DNA from: Spizellomyces punctatus DAOM BR117
Lineage: Eukaryota
Assembly (NCBI GenBank): GCA_000182565.2
Contig: KQ257453.1
Reading direction: 5' to 3' (one strand)
Length of the DNA stretch: 64,000 nucleotides
Shown: piece by piece, positions 40,961 through 53,940 of the stretch
Numbering within the stretch: position 1 is the first letter of the stretch
Layout of the letters: each line of letters begins with the position of its first letter
Made by a program: the position numbers and the translations under genes
Notes under the pieces: generated by a model
Database searches by the model: none
Told to the model about the DNA's origin: nothing
What the model saw: the letters and a program-made list of their open reading frames with translations, nothing else

Positions 40961-43513
40961 ATGGAGCCGAAACCAATTCTGGGTACCCATTCAGAACCAC
41001 CCTTCTCGCGTCTTGTTGTTGAGGCTGAACGTAACCGAATTCAACCACAGGAACAGCGCCGACTCTTGTAACAAAGATACCTCCATCAGTAAACTTGACG
41101 GGGATCTATTCCGCGACAGGTAGGGTTAAAGTGAGTATCGGTCTCTTGCGGTTTGGGCTACTTTTCTGAACTTCTAACATTGGAAAGGATTTGATCTATT
41201 GGGGATACTCTCCCGCGTGGTTCATCGACCCAACCCTGTGGTAAGATCATTTGTTTTGTTAAATCATCGAGAGGGTGACGAATTCAGCGCTGAGATCGAT
41301 TATTTTTTGGTAGATCGCACTTGGACCTGTTGATCTATCGTGTGCTTTTCTTGTGACGGATCCACGGAGACCGGATAATCCCGTATGTGAAAGCATTTCG
41401 ATTTCGCTCCATGGTGTTAGGGTTGACACTGACGTATCTTTGTGCAGATTGTGTATGCTAGCGAGACATTTTCAAAGTATGTCGTATCAGTGTCGGACAC
41501 TTGTCCAGTACAGATTTTAAACATATTCGTACAGGTTAACAGGATATAGCAACGCTGAGGTGCTAAACCGTAACTGCCGCTTTCTTCAAGGTGGGTTTAG
41601 CACAACCAAAGTAACTCATCGGATGGCTGACATATTTGGGTTGCAGCGCCAGATGGTCAGCAGGAACCGGGCCAAGCTCGCCGTTACACGGACAATGCAG
41701 TTGTCTCGCAGCTGAAGCAGGCTATCGATCGCAATGAGGAATGTCAGTTTACGTTAATTAATTATAAAAAAGGTGGAGAGGTCGGTAGCGACTCTTTGCG
41801 TGAACAAATTTTTGCAAGTCCTCATACTTTTTATGAATCAAGCCTTTCATAAACTTGGTTACGGTCGTTCCTGTGTAAGCAAACGTACAAGACATGTAGT
41901 CTTCTTCTTTCATTAAGCAAGCTGTTGTCACACAGGGAGTATGGTCGACCCGGGGAGGTCAGCTTTTTTGTTGGATTTCAAGTAGACTTGATCGATCAGC
42001 CGCAAGCCATTCTAGATCGGATGAAAGGTATACTAAAAAATATTGTATGAAGTGGTCTCTAGTAGATACCGATGCGGCTTTCCGTCTATGCAGATGGAAC
42101 ATATACCATCAATTATCAGATTGCTGAGCAATTGGACGCCCGACAGCCAGGTAAGTAGTTGACTGGTAGGAGCGAGCCTTTTGGCCATTCACTGACTTGC
42201 GCATATTTAGCTGCCATGTCCGACGTGGCGGCATTCCAGCAGGAGACGTTCCATCTGTTGTCGCCAGTGCAAGCTCCTAAATCACCAGATTACACTCCCT
42301 TACCTGATGCGATCGAGAATCTGGTTGAAGATTTTGATGATTTTGTGCACATCCTGTCTCTCCGTGGGCTTTTTCTTTACGCTGCACCTCGCTCTACAAA
42401 GAGGTTACTGGAATACACTGCCGAAGAGCTAATGGGTCATAGTTTGCACGAGTTTGTGCATCCGGCGGACTTTGTTTCGGTGATGCGCGAGTTACGAACA
42501 AGTGCGTCCACTGATACAATAAATATCATCTGTCGCTTTAGACGAAAGCATTCAGGTTACATGTATTTGGAGATCAATGGACATGTGAGATGAGGCCCAT
42601 TTGGACACGGTGTTTTTATTGGATCTAACTTTGTTTGCCAAAGATATATGACGAAGATAACAACAAACGAACAAAATGTTTCATCATGTCGGGTCGTGAG
42701 AAACAGGTCACGACTCTTCGAGTGAAAAACATTTTATTGCCCGGTCCGGACACGTCCGAAACATGGGCAAAGCTATCGTTAGAGGGATTGATACTCTACG
42801 TATGTCCGAATGCCGTACCCATTTTTGGACTTTATCCCGAAGAGCTTGTCGCAAAGTCACTTGTAGAGTTTTTGCATGACAGCGATCATCAGGCTTGCCG
42901 CGACGCTCTTCAAACCATTGTCAATGGTCAATCTGTTCAAAACCTGCGATGCCGGATAGCCGTCAAGAGAGGATTTTCGTCTGCTGTCCTTCGATTCTAC
43001 GCAGATGGGTGTACCCCGCGAAGCACCATATTCTGTCAAATTAAAGCAGTGGAAGTCGGACGAACCGATCCGCTGGATTTGAAGACGCTAGTCGAATACG
43101 AACCCTTGTACGAGGACGGTAATTTGTTTGATGTCATGAATGAAGTCAGGGCCACTTCATTACATTACGAACTCAATCAGTTACGTCTGCATAATAAGCG
43201 ACTAAGGGAGGAACTTGACAGTATCATTGCCCCAATTAAAAAGAAAACAGTGTGTATGGTTTTTTTTGTCGGACGATATCGTTTTTGTTAATCTTGTTTT
43301 TGTAGAAACCACGAGTTGAGGCGCTCACGCAGTGCGCGCAGTGCCATACCAGTTACAGTCCGGAATGGAGAAAAGGCCCCGACAATCAAAGAAATTTGTG
43401 GTGCGTCCATTATTTGAGGTACGATGTTTGGTTCATGCTCATCGATTGTTTGTAGTAATGCCTGTGGCCTCCGATACGCCAAGGCGATGCGAAATCGAGC
43501 ATCCATAGGATAA
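40961..43513 (+). CDS. wc-1: White Collar-1-type blue-light photoreceptor (LOV-PAS-PAS-GATA), about 13 introns
   Basis: Spliced: 'GIYSATGFDLLGILSRVVHRPNP..LGPVDLSCAFLVTD..PIVYASETF..LTGYSNAEVLNRNCRFLQAPDG..INYKKGGEPFINLVTVVP..FVGFQVDL'; PAS 'DFVHILSLRGLFLY..HPAD'; GATA finger CAQC-x18-CNAC. Confidence 0.93.
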
Positions 43514-43858
43514 GGCCCTATGGATGAGCATACAAATGTTGCAGCGTATAATTTTTTGTGACATGGACCCTTTTTTTTTCGTCATATGCCGAATTCCTTT
43601 TCTAGTGCTCATTTTGTATATAGATGCTCGTCTCTGTATATATAAGTTATTCGCCCAAATTATCGTCGCTTTTCGTTTAGTTATTTTACCCAAAAGGTCG
43701 ACCTATCTCTTATTCACGTGGTTTCTTCATTGGAGATTGTAGAGTGGTGGCCGCTGGGGCTGAAATGGACCCGTAAATATTGCCACCCGCAAATATAAAA
43801 AGACGGGTATCAAGTAAAAAAGTACGTTGGGAAAGATATTTTAGGAACTTTAGAAAAC

Positions 43859-44854
43859 ATGTCGTATCTCATCCTCTGGACGTTAATTTCGATCATCCAC
43901 GCTATTCAATCTATGCCGCTATCGCCCCAAATGCCCATACACCTCCAATCAACTCCTCTGCGATACACAATTTTAGATGGATTCTTTGTCCAAAGCCGCC
44001 CTGATACGAACGACTCGTCCTTTCCCTTAGTTCCACCCCATCTGGGACTGATTGATACCGAACAGGGCCGTTGGGAGAGGTTTGTTGAGAAACTCGAACG
44101 CGTTCAAGAAGAGATTGGAGACAAGGGCGTTGTCAAGGTTCTGTTGTTACAGAGGCATGGACAGTAAGTTTTTGTTTTGTATGAATTGCCAGTAAACCTC
44201 TGGACAAGTCTAGAACAAAACACACACAATCGTCTTAATAGGGGAATCCACAATGCCGCTGAAGAAAAATACGGAAAAATCGCATGGGACGACTACTATT
44301 CCCGCCTTCCAGAGTATTTTGACGCCCCTCTGACACCATTAGGTATTTCCCAACTCCACGGCAACACTGATCTCATCAAGGGTGAACTTGGCGATGGGTT
44401 ACCCCTTCCATCCCTTATTCTCTCGTCCCCGCTCTCAAGGTGTTTGAATACCACGCGACTTATTTGGGGGAGTTTGGTAGAGGGGTATCATCCGCGGGTG
44501 TTGGAAGATCTTCGGGAATCGTATGGAGAGCATACGTGTGATAAACGGCGGAGTCGGACCGAGTTGGAGGGTTTATGGCCGGAATTTGATTTCAGTGGGT
44601 TGGTGAGTGATGAGGATACCTTGTGGAAGCCGGATGAGAGGGAAGAGGATCAACATGTGGATGAGCGAGTTCAAAGGGTTTTCGATGGGATTTTTATGGA
44701 TAGGGAACATTTGTTTGTTGGAATTGTGTGTCATGGTGGGATTATTGAGGCGAGTTTGAGGGTGACGGGACATCGAGCGTTTAGTGTCCGTCCTGGAGGA
44801 TTGATACCGATTGTTGTCGTTGGATGGAGGGAGGCAACAAGGTGCCGAGTTTAG
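43859..44854 (+). CDS. Histidine phosphatase / phosphoglycerate-mutase-like protein (PMU1-like) with putative signal peptide
   Basis: 'QRHGQGIHN' across intron ~44165-44241; 'DAPLTPLG', 'SSPLSRCLNT', 'LRESYGEHTCDKR', 'CHGG'. Confidence 0.88.
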
Positions 44855-45141
44855 ACATGTAGACAAGTTACGATAGTATCATACATAATCATCATTATAC
44901 AGTTCGACAGTCCTCGTTGTCACCCTATTCGTGCTATTGTATGTCAAATGAAAAGATTGAAATCTCCAGCCGGGCAGCTTTGTAATAAAAACACAATCGT
45001 AGACTCTATATCTTCTTTTTCATACACCAATAATCTATAAAATTTCCAAAAAATCTAGAAATTCTATCTAGCTTGCACGACGGTGAGCGAAAACCCCAAT
45101 AACCAAAAATGTTCAGTAGATTCGGTCGACGAAAAATGCAA

Positions 45142-46518
45142 CTAATTTTGCTGCTGCAAGGTTGTGATCACTTGCTCCTTTTCTTGCAACAGGGCCTTGA
45201 GCCTTACGATTTCCTTTTCCAACGCCTATAAAACTCCATCATTTACAATGGCGTCTTAACAATGGACGAGAATTGATAGCCGTGTACTTGCCACAGAGTG
45301 ATTCCGCTGCTGTTCAAGATCACGATGAAGTTGCTCAATCTCTTCGTCTTTGAGCTGCCATCCGCATTCATATGTCAATATCCAAGGTGCAAAGCCAAAC
45401 ATTATAATTGTAAATATCACCTTGATAGCTGTCGATTCGGCGACCGTCAGCTTCTCGCTGGAGGCGGTTAGATTCCCGTAAATAGATATTTTGTCCCCAA
45501 CGACTCCTTTTGGAGCCTCTGACGGCGATACAACTTGTTTGCTCACAACAGGTTCATCTTGAACAGTAAACGCGGCCATACGTTCGGCGAGAGCCATTGA
45601 TGGTGACCTACGCAGCTGTCTAGGTGACGTCATGTTATCTTGACAGCCCCTTCCTGCCATGCCTTCGCTTGTATTCAAGGAAAGGGAAGCTACGGAGGCT
45701 TTACGGACAAGCACAGGCGTCGTTGAGGTGGAAGATGGCAATGATTTTTGCTGCTGTTGTGGTTGCGGTGGTGGCGATGAATTTGAAGGTGAAGATGATT
45801 TGGGTGTATCCTGCTGGTCATCAATCTTTTGCGCTGCGGCTTCGGACGCTTTAAATCCATCCGAATAGTTGCCTTTCAAGGCAAATAATTGCTCTATCGA
45901 GAACGATCTCAGCACCACGATTGCACGTTTAGGGGAAGAGAGCATTCCACTTACTAAAGTGTGGTTTGCAATAGAAGATGCCTGTTGCAAGAGATTGCAA
46001 TGAATCATCAGCTTACATAATCCAACGTAAACCTGCCGCAGCGGAAACGTACCGTTCAGCGCAGCATAGTTGCCCAGCTGTACAAGTTCAAGGGGAGGAA
46101 GGGCAATGAGAAGGTATCCGAATGGTGATGATGTGCATGTAATGTTGATGAGAATCTCTAGAGGAGCGTCAAAAGTCATGCGGGGCAACGCACCGAGAGG
46201 ACTTTTTTGCAGTGGCCGCATCGCAAACACGTCTTGTGAAAGATCTGCGAGAGAACAAGAATGGAGCCAAAGAAATTCATTGAATAAACTGTTCCACTCC
46301 CGACTGAAGGACAAGAGCTCTCACCTTGTCATCTGCATTCAGCTTGTCCATTGGGTATACAACCTTTTGACACACAAAACATCCATCTTTGACAGTCGCT
46401 GGCGCGCCAGGAACCGATGGGGAAGGGATATTTGCCTATACCCAAACAAGAATGTTTCACTAATTGCCGACAGACTCTCTTGAAAATGCACTCGTCTTAC
46501 CAACGTGTCGACCGTCAT
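45142..46518 (-). CDS. LIM-domain protein (EPLIN/LIMD2-type) with C-terminal coiled coil
   Basis: Spliced: '[73 protein letters not shown]', S/P/Q-rich linker, coiled coil 'KDEEIEQLHRDLE..EKEIVRLKALLQEKEQVI'. Confidence 0.85.
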
Positions 46519-47660
46519 TTGCTATGGTTTTTTTTTTCGCCAGCTTGCCAGCGGGCCTTTGGTTTTGCTTGGGTGTTTGTCGGCAGCGCCCATTTGCGGG
46601 GGTGTCCCCCCCAAGCCCTCCCGAACAATGTTCACGTGAAAGCCAAACATGTCCAGTTTCAAGACTAAGCCTTTGCAGGGGGTCCGTGGTTCAATCTGCG
46701 CTGGTTTCAATGCTGGAATGTTTTTCTGGTGGTGGCCCATGCAACAAAAGTTTGGGTAAGTCTACGAAACCAGTAAAAATGACGTTTTGTGTGCGGCAAT
46801 TAAAGGGGGGGCTGCTGCGGAATATTTTTTTCCATTTTGGAATCGATCGGAAGAAAAACTCCAACAACACATTTGGATACATAAAGTTCCATATGGGATA
46901 TTCCGTGGCCGAACGCGCGGAGATAATTATTACCAATGGAACTATGTCCCTTTATGACGGAACGGATGAAAGGCGATGACGAAGGGGAAAAACTACGCCA
47001 AGGCCAATACGCCAAGGACGATGTGAACGGGGAATACCCGCCCATCGTATGTTGCAAAAAGGGAATGCAAAAACGTTCTGCCCGCACACATAACCACAAT
47101 CCTAAAAAGGAAAGCGGACGAATATGTGGCTGGGTCAATTCTACGATGGAATGATCCACTGCTTACGTACACGATCGTAATTTTTGTGATTCCCGTTTTC
47201 TTGCAGTAGCCAGCCAATGTGTTGTCAGAGTACTCAGCTGCTGCTTGTGGAATGCTTTGTGGCCAGCAGACAAGATGATGAAAGTGTAATAGTAAGAAAA
47301 GGAGAGATTGAACGGAGAGGGCGGGGTAAAAAACTGTTTGGGGCGGAGAGGAAGGAAGGATACTTTTTGTTGTTGTTGTTGGGCTGGTCTTTTTTTTTCT
47401 TGATTTTTCTTTTACCAAAGCGCTGAGACGTTTTTTTTGTTGGTTGTCGTTTTTGTTTTGCAATTTGGAGGGGGGGGACAAAACGTCAAGATGACTTGTA
47501 GGAATAAAATGCCCCCATGCTTTTATATTTTCCTTGAATTTCCTTCTTGTCCAAAACTGCTTTTGGATATTCTTGATATTTGTTTAATCCTGCTATATAG
47601 ACAAAAGGAGATACTGCAAGCAATAGACAAAGCAAGAGAAAGCACCTCTGAAAACGCGCT

Positions 47661-50600
47661 ATGGACAGTGGGGAGCGAGCGTATGGAGAGCACATCGCCG
47701 CCAAGCTAGTGTTTTCATCCTTGGTGGATCTCCTATCCTCTGCCTCGCGCCCTGCCATCTTGGCCTCTGATGCGCGATCCCCGCTATCCCATGCAGACCT
47801 GCGTTCCTTTATCCAGCAATTCGACCTCCAAACGTTTGGACTTGGACGGAATGATAGAATTGGCGTCATCCTTCCAGAAGGACCAGAGCTCGGAGTCTGT
47901 TTGACGTGCGTCCTGGCACGGGCAACTGCCGTCCCGCTCAACGAAAAGGAAATTGAGGAAGAGATTGTGTCAGAGTTGGAGCAAATGCGCGCAAAAGCTG
48001 CCATTGTCTGCAAGTCACGGTCGCAGGTATGCAATTGGAAAAAGAAAAACTGGGCTTGAGCGAGGGCATGCGCAGCAAACAAATTCATATCTTCTTGTTT
48101 CTTGTTTTTAGGATCGCATCGTGTCGCTGCTTGCTTCGGCCGGCTTTCTCGTTTTGCTTTTGGAGCCAAGCCCTTCCATTGCTGGTCTGTTTACCCTTTC
48201 CGCCGCGCCCGGTCCAGTCATCATCTCCCCATCCCCACCTATGGTCCAGCCTTACACACGTCCGGATGATTGCGCCTTGGTGCTTCGTACATCAGGAACA
48301 TCGGGCAACAAAAAGACAGTTCCGTACACGCTACGTACACTCTGCATAGGCGCGATATGCGTCGCAAAGTCATGGGCACTTCAGGAAAACGATGTCAACT
48401 TGAACATGATGCCCCTCTACCATGTCGGTGGAATTGTTCGAAACCTGCTTTCTCCACTCCTCAGCGGTGGAGCAGTCATCACTTGCAAGGGATTTGATCC
48501 TGCAATGTTTTGGGACATTGTGGAGGCCTCTCCCATATCGCCAACGTGGTACTACGCAGTGCCAACAATGCACCATGCTATTCTTCAGGAAGGTCGGGAG
48601 CGATATAGTGGCCGTTCCCCTGCCACGATACGCATGATTTGCAACGCTGGAGGAGGACTTCAACCATCGCTTGCCGTCGAGTTGCGCAATTACTTTATTG
48701 GGGCCGTTGTACTGCCGTCATATGGAATGACAGAATGCATGCCAATCACTACACCTCCCCAGGACTATGCGCTGGATAGACCAGGAACTTCAGGAAAGTC
48801 GGTTGGACCAGAGATTGCCATATTCAATGCAAGCATGGACGTTGAGCAGCCACCCAGAGTGATTGGCAACATTTGTGTGCGCGGAGAGCCCCTTTTCGGT
48901 GGTTATGAGGGAAACCAAGCCGCAAATGACAAAGCTTTCAACAGTGCTGGCTGGTTTGACACGGGAGACATGGGATACCTTGATGAAGATGGCTACTTGT
49001 ATATTACTGGCCGCTCCAAAGAAGTCATCAACCGCGGTGGTGAAATCATTTCCCCTGTAGATGTAGAATCCGCTGTCCTAGAGCACCCTAGAATAAGGAA
49101 TGCGCTTGCATTCTCTGTTCCTCACAATATTCTACAAGAGACGATTGGGATTGTGGTCGTACCAGAATCTGGTAGCACGCTCGTGGACATTGCAGAGCTA
49201 CACAGGTGTGTATTCTCGACTATGTATTGTGATGGTAAAACTCTAAGCTTCTTGAATGATTAGATTCCTGGCCGAATCATTGCACCCCTCAAAATGGCCC
49301 CAGGTCCTTGTGTACATGGACGATCTTCCAAAGAACATGAACAACAAGCCTCTGCGTATTAACCTCGCCAAACGGTTGGGAATTCCAGAGTTGCAAGACG
49401 GGACTTCACAATTTAGCCGCATGTATGAAGCAGTGGCACCACCCCGGACTGCATCTCTCTCTGAGCCGATTCCCGCTCAACGTATCAAACCCAACGGATC
49501 AAAACTAATCCATTATTTACTTCGCCACGACGGAGTTGCAGATGCCGTGGCACTCACAGGATTTAGTAAATCGGATCCAGAGGCGTTGGTGGCATTTGTC
49601 GCTACTTGGTCATCACACAATTTGCGATCCGATACTCTTTACGAGTACCTGGACACGCAAGGTCGGATTCACGATTATGAGCGACCTAGGGAAATCATTC
49701 TTTTGTCGCAGCTGCCACGTCGCCACGACGGAAGTCTGGATGTTGATGCTCTTTCTACTCGCTTTGCTGAAGTATCGGCCAGCTCTGAGGACATGTCGCG
49801 TCTTGAAAAGGGCATTGGGAATCTCTTTGTCGATGTCCTTAATGTTCCGGAAGTTACGAGCCGTGATGCCGACTTTTTCGAGCTTGGTGGAGATTCTCTT
49901 AAGGCTGGACGCCTTGTACATATGATAAGGTGAGTTCTTGTGAAGTTCTATAGATTTGGTTTCGTCTGTATGATCGAAAAATTGACGGGAAGAATAATTT
50001 AGAAAACGTCTTGACGTCAATATCCCTGCGTCCAACATTCTACGGTATCGGTCGGTGGCTTCGCTCGCCTCGACTATTGCCGAAAGACTTCCGCCGGATA
50101 GTCCGTGGCTCCGATCCGAATCCGTCATTTCCTCCTCTGCCAGTGACCTAAGCGGCTCAACCGCTCATGACTCTGGAGATGAGTCTGATGATGTTCCTCG
50201 CCCGAAAAGCAGTGCCAAGAGCCCGCTCTCTATTTCTGCACTATTTATCCAATTACTCTCCATTTTGATCTTGCGTCCTTTACGGATCACCTGCAGGTGG
50301 ATCTTTTTTGCCTACGTGCTCATTTGGACGCATCCGTGGTTTCGGTTGGGAGGAACCATGGACACTTCGTGGTTGCATCCCGTGCAGTTGATGCTGGCGC
50401 TGGTGATTGCTCAGGTTGTGCTGTGGGTTTTCCTCCCCATTTTGGGAATTGCTCTCAAGTGGTTGGTGATTGGAAGGTACAAGGCTGGAAGGTATGCTTT
50501 TTTGTGCTGGTGCAAATGTTTTATATTTTGCTGCAAAGTCTAATCTCACTTGTTCCTTCTTGTTAAGCTATCCCCTGTGGGGCTCCTACTACCTCCGATG

Positions 50601-52773
50601 GTGGTTTGTGGATCAAGCTTTGCACTTGTGTGGGAGGGGATTCTTTGCACTCAACAATGCAACAATGCGATGGTATCTCCGCTGTATGGGAGCTCGCGTA
50701 GGTGCAAACAGCCAAATTGACCTCAAAACGAATTTTGGCGAATACGATTTGATTCAAATTGGGGAAAACTGTGGCTTTGAAAGCGCTCGAGTCCGTCCAT
50801 TTACGATGCAAACAGGTCGAATGGTGCTGGGACCTATCGTGATTGGACACAATTCTGTTGTGAACATCAAGACCACTATTGCCCCGGGTGCTATGGTCCC
50901 AAACAACACAGTCTTTCCTCCTCTCTCTTCTTCGTACGAAATGGACGATGCATCTGAAGAGTACCGAGGACTGTGTCGCACGACGGGCCCAACAGGTCCA
51001 CATCTTATCGTACAGCTTCTTCTTGGCTGGCCAGTTATTTTTATCGTGAATTTATTCGGAATGATCCCTTGGTTAGGTGTTATTTACTTGATGAGCGCGC
51101 AGAAATTTTTTATCCGCGCTACGTCGGCGTTCGCGTTTGGAGACGTTCTACACTATTTTGCAGCCCCGGCAAGGATAGGGTACCATGTCCTCGCTATAAT
51201 TATGCGGGACACGATCAGCCCGTTCTTGTACCTTGCCGCATGTATCCTAATTAAACGTCTTGTCATTGGGAAATTCAAGGCAGGCCCGCGAGACCTGTCC
51301 CAGATGGGTCTTTTACGGTACTGGTTGATGCAAAAGTTGTTGGGAGACGGAACACTGGGAGGAGTGAACGCGCTGCTTGGATCGCACTATGAATTCACAA
51401 GCATGATCTACCGGGCGCTGGGCGCTAAAATTGGCAAACGCATCTACTGGCCAGGAACCGGCTTATTCGTTTTCGAGCACGATTTGATGGAAGTCGGCGA
51501 CGATGTCGTATTTGGATCTCGGTCGTTCCTTGTCTGTTCAGACCAATCCGAGAGTGCTCCAATCAAGATTGGTGCGGGGGCCATGATTGCGGATCGATGC
51601 GTACTGCTCCCGGGAGCCACCATTGGACGGAACGCCATCATGGGTTCAGGAGGGTTGGCCCGGAAAGGGACTCACTATCCTGCTGGATCCATTTGGTTGG
51701 GCTCGGCGAATGGTGGTGCCACGTTATGGGATATGGGGAATGAACGCGAGGCGGAAAAGGCCCCGACAGACACACCCTTTGGAAAAGCGTTTTACGAAAA
51801 GAAGGCTTCCTTCACCGTCCTACCCATGTGGTTTTGCGCCGGATACAATATTGCTATCTCGGTATTCACGTCGACATACTGGTCCCTACCCGTGCTTGCC
51901 GCCATTCAGGTTGGCAATCTCTTTTACGTGACTGGAAAGCACCCCAAATTGTTTGATCAGATTAGCCCAACCTGGGTGGCTATCAGCACGTATTGCGCCA
52001 TGTTCCTGACAGTATCTGTTGCGTTCACTATTCTTGCATTCGGCGCTTTGGGGATTGAGATTGCGGCCAAATGGTCACTCTTTGGACGTCGTGCAGTTGG
52101 AAAGTACAACTGGGATGAATCGTCCTACTGCCAAAGATGGCAAGTGTATATCGCGATGCTTCGAGTTCGCCGCGATATTCTCGACTACATTCGCGGGTCT
52201 TGGTACATTGTACAGTTTTTCCGATTCCTGGGCTGTCGCATTGGAAAACGTGTTTGCTTGTATCCTACAGGCGGTGATCCAATGATGACAGAGCCAGATC
52301 TCATCACCATTGGTGATGATGCTGCGGTGGACAATGCTTCCGTTGTCTGCCATCTAAACAGCAAGGGTCAGTTTTCGCTGAACCCGCTCGTGATTGGTGC
52401 TGGCTCTATTTTGCGGTCCAACTCTCGTTTACTCTCGGGTGCGCACATGGAGGAAGACGCGACCCTTTTGGAGCATACTTTAATTGTGTCGGGGGATGTG
52501 GTAGAAAGTCATTCGGTGTGTCAAGGTTGGCCTTCTATGGATGTCACAAATGAACGCTCTCGCGCTTTTGCTCAATATGGGAGCGTCAGAAAGAGGAAGC
52601 CAAAGTGGAGACGCAAGATTCGGGGCTTCTTTGGCGTTTTCCGATCCAAGAACTCTCACAACAAACTCACGGATGCGGCTCCATTGGTTTTGGCAAACAC
52701 TGGAAGGTGGACACCTCCTGCCGACGAGTCTGGAAAAGATACGGATAATATGCATAGTACATTATCTGTTTAA
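47661..52773 (+). CDS. NRPS-like membrane synthetase: A (acyl-CoA-ligase type) - extra A-subdomain - T - Pls/PosA-type terminal domain; about 1606 aa, 5 exons
   Basis: Exons 47661-48026, 48112-49205, 49264-49929, 50003-50491 and 50568-52773 splice in frame. Motifs TSGTSGNKK, PLYHVGG, SYGMTE, TGDMG, GRSKEVINRGGE; carrier 'DFFELGGDSL'; three repeats of a TM pair + 'K.LVIG' + 'LGA.IG' hexapeptide region. Confidence 0.9.
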
Positions 52774-52999
52774 TATTGTAGATAGAGCTGGTGTCTATTA
52801 ATTGTATGTAACGATCTTTACGGGGAAAATATTCATTATACAATATATCTGATCATCTGATTATGCCATAGAATATCGCTTGACATTAAGATATGATGAT
52901 GTCGATGAATGCTCATTATGCTCAAATAGTAAGTCCCAAACCTGATGTACTACCTAATTCTAAGATGGCTATGGAGAAGGTATTGCGTTTCTTTGTTCT

Positions 53000-53940
53000 C
53001 TACAGGTAATTAGCCATCGTCACTTCCTTGGCTTTCAATCCACACTTTTCGTAAAAACCAACATTCTTTTCGGCACAGGACAGGATGACCTATGGGGATA
53101 AAAATGTGAATCTGTAACAAACTGTAGAGACGTGCAGCAAGGGCGTTTCATGGTTTTAACCTTGTATGCTCCCGAGTGTTTGGCGACAAGAGTTAACGCA
53201 TTGATGATCCTGTCATGGAATTTTTAGAGATTGCGAACGTCTGCAAATACAAATATCACCATTCAAGGTTTTTCAAAGTAAAACTTACAGTTTTCCCAAG
53301 TTCTTTCCCCGTGCCGAGTTATCCACAACGATATCTAAACACACAAAACCATTAAAAGTGGACTTACAAAAATCATCCAACTTTGGAAAAGAGGGTACCT
53401 TCAATATGCCCCACCATCCCGCATTCGTGTACAAACTTTGGTTCAATGATAACTGAGCCTGCCCTACAAACAGAAATTACAATTGTCTCTCAATTTTTTA
53501 CTTGCATGGTTCACCTTGGTAAAATGGCCATTTGACAAATTGAACATTCTTACCCAACAATGATCCCTCGACCAAGATCTTCTATAACAATGCAGTATTT
53601 CGATTCATTCCTTTCTCGTAGAAGATCAAACCGTTCTAGATCCGTTCATGAGTGAGCAAAGTGTGATGTACAGAGAATCGTGAGATGATCCCGCTTACCA
53701 GCAAATTTCCGCTTGGAAATTGTTCCAATGGTCGTCAACTGTGACAGCAACTCTAGATATCCTATAAAAGTCCCGTCCTGCATGACCGTCCATCACTGTC
53801 CTTGAACTGTAAAGAAAATGCAGACCTTTATCATAGTCGTTCACATTCAATGGTCGTATCGTGTAGCCTTCGGGAACTTGAGCAACAGCCTCCTTTGGAA
53901 TCCGACTCGGATCAAACTGCAAGTCGGGAGAGCTAGCCAT
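53000..53940 (-). CDS. GNA1: Glucosamine-6-phosphate N-acetyltransferase
   Basis: Spliced: 'IRPLNVNDYDKGYLELLSQLT..IIEPKFVHECGMVGHIEDIVVD..RGKNLGK..YKVILSCAEKNVGFYEKCG'. Confidence 0.93.

Noticed and set aside
52893-52945. ATGATGA...CTGA pair resembling a C/D snoRNA
   Set aside because: Only about 53 nt, no strong closing stem, no recognisable rRNA complement, and it lies in a convergent 3' UTR zone.
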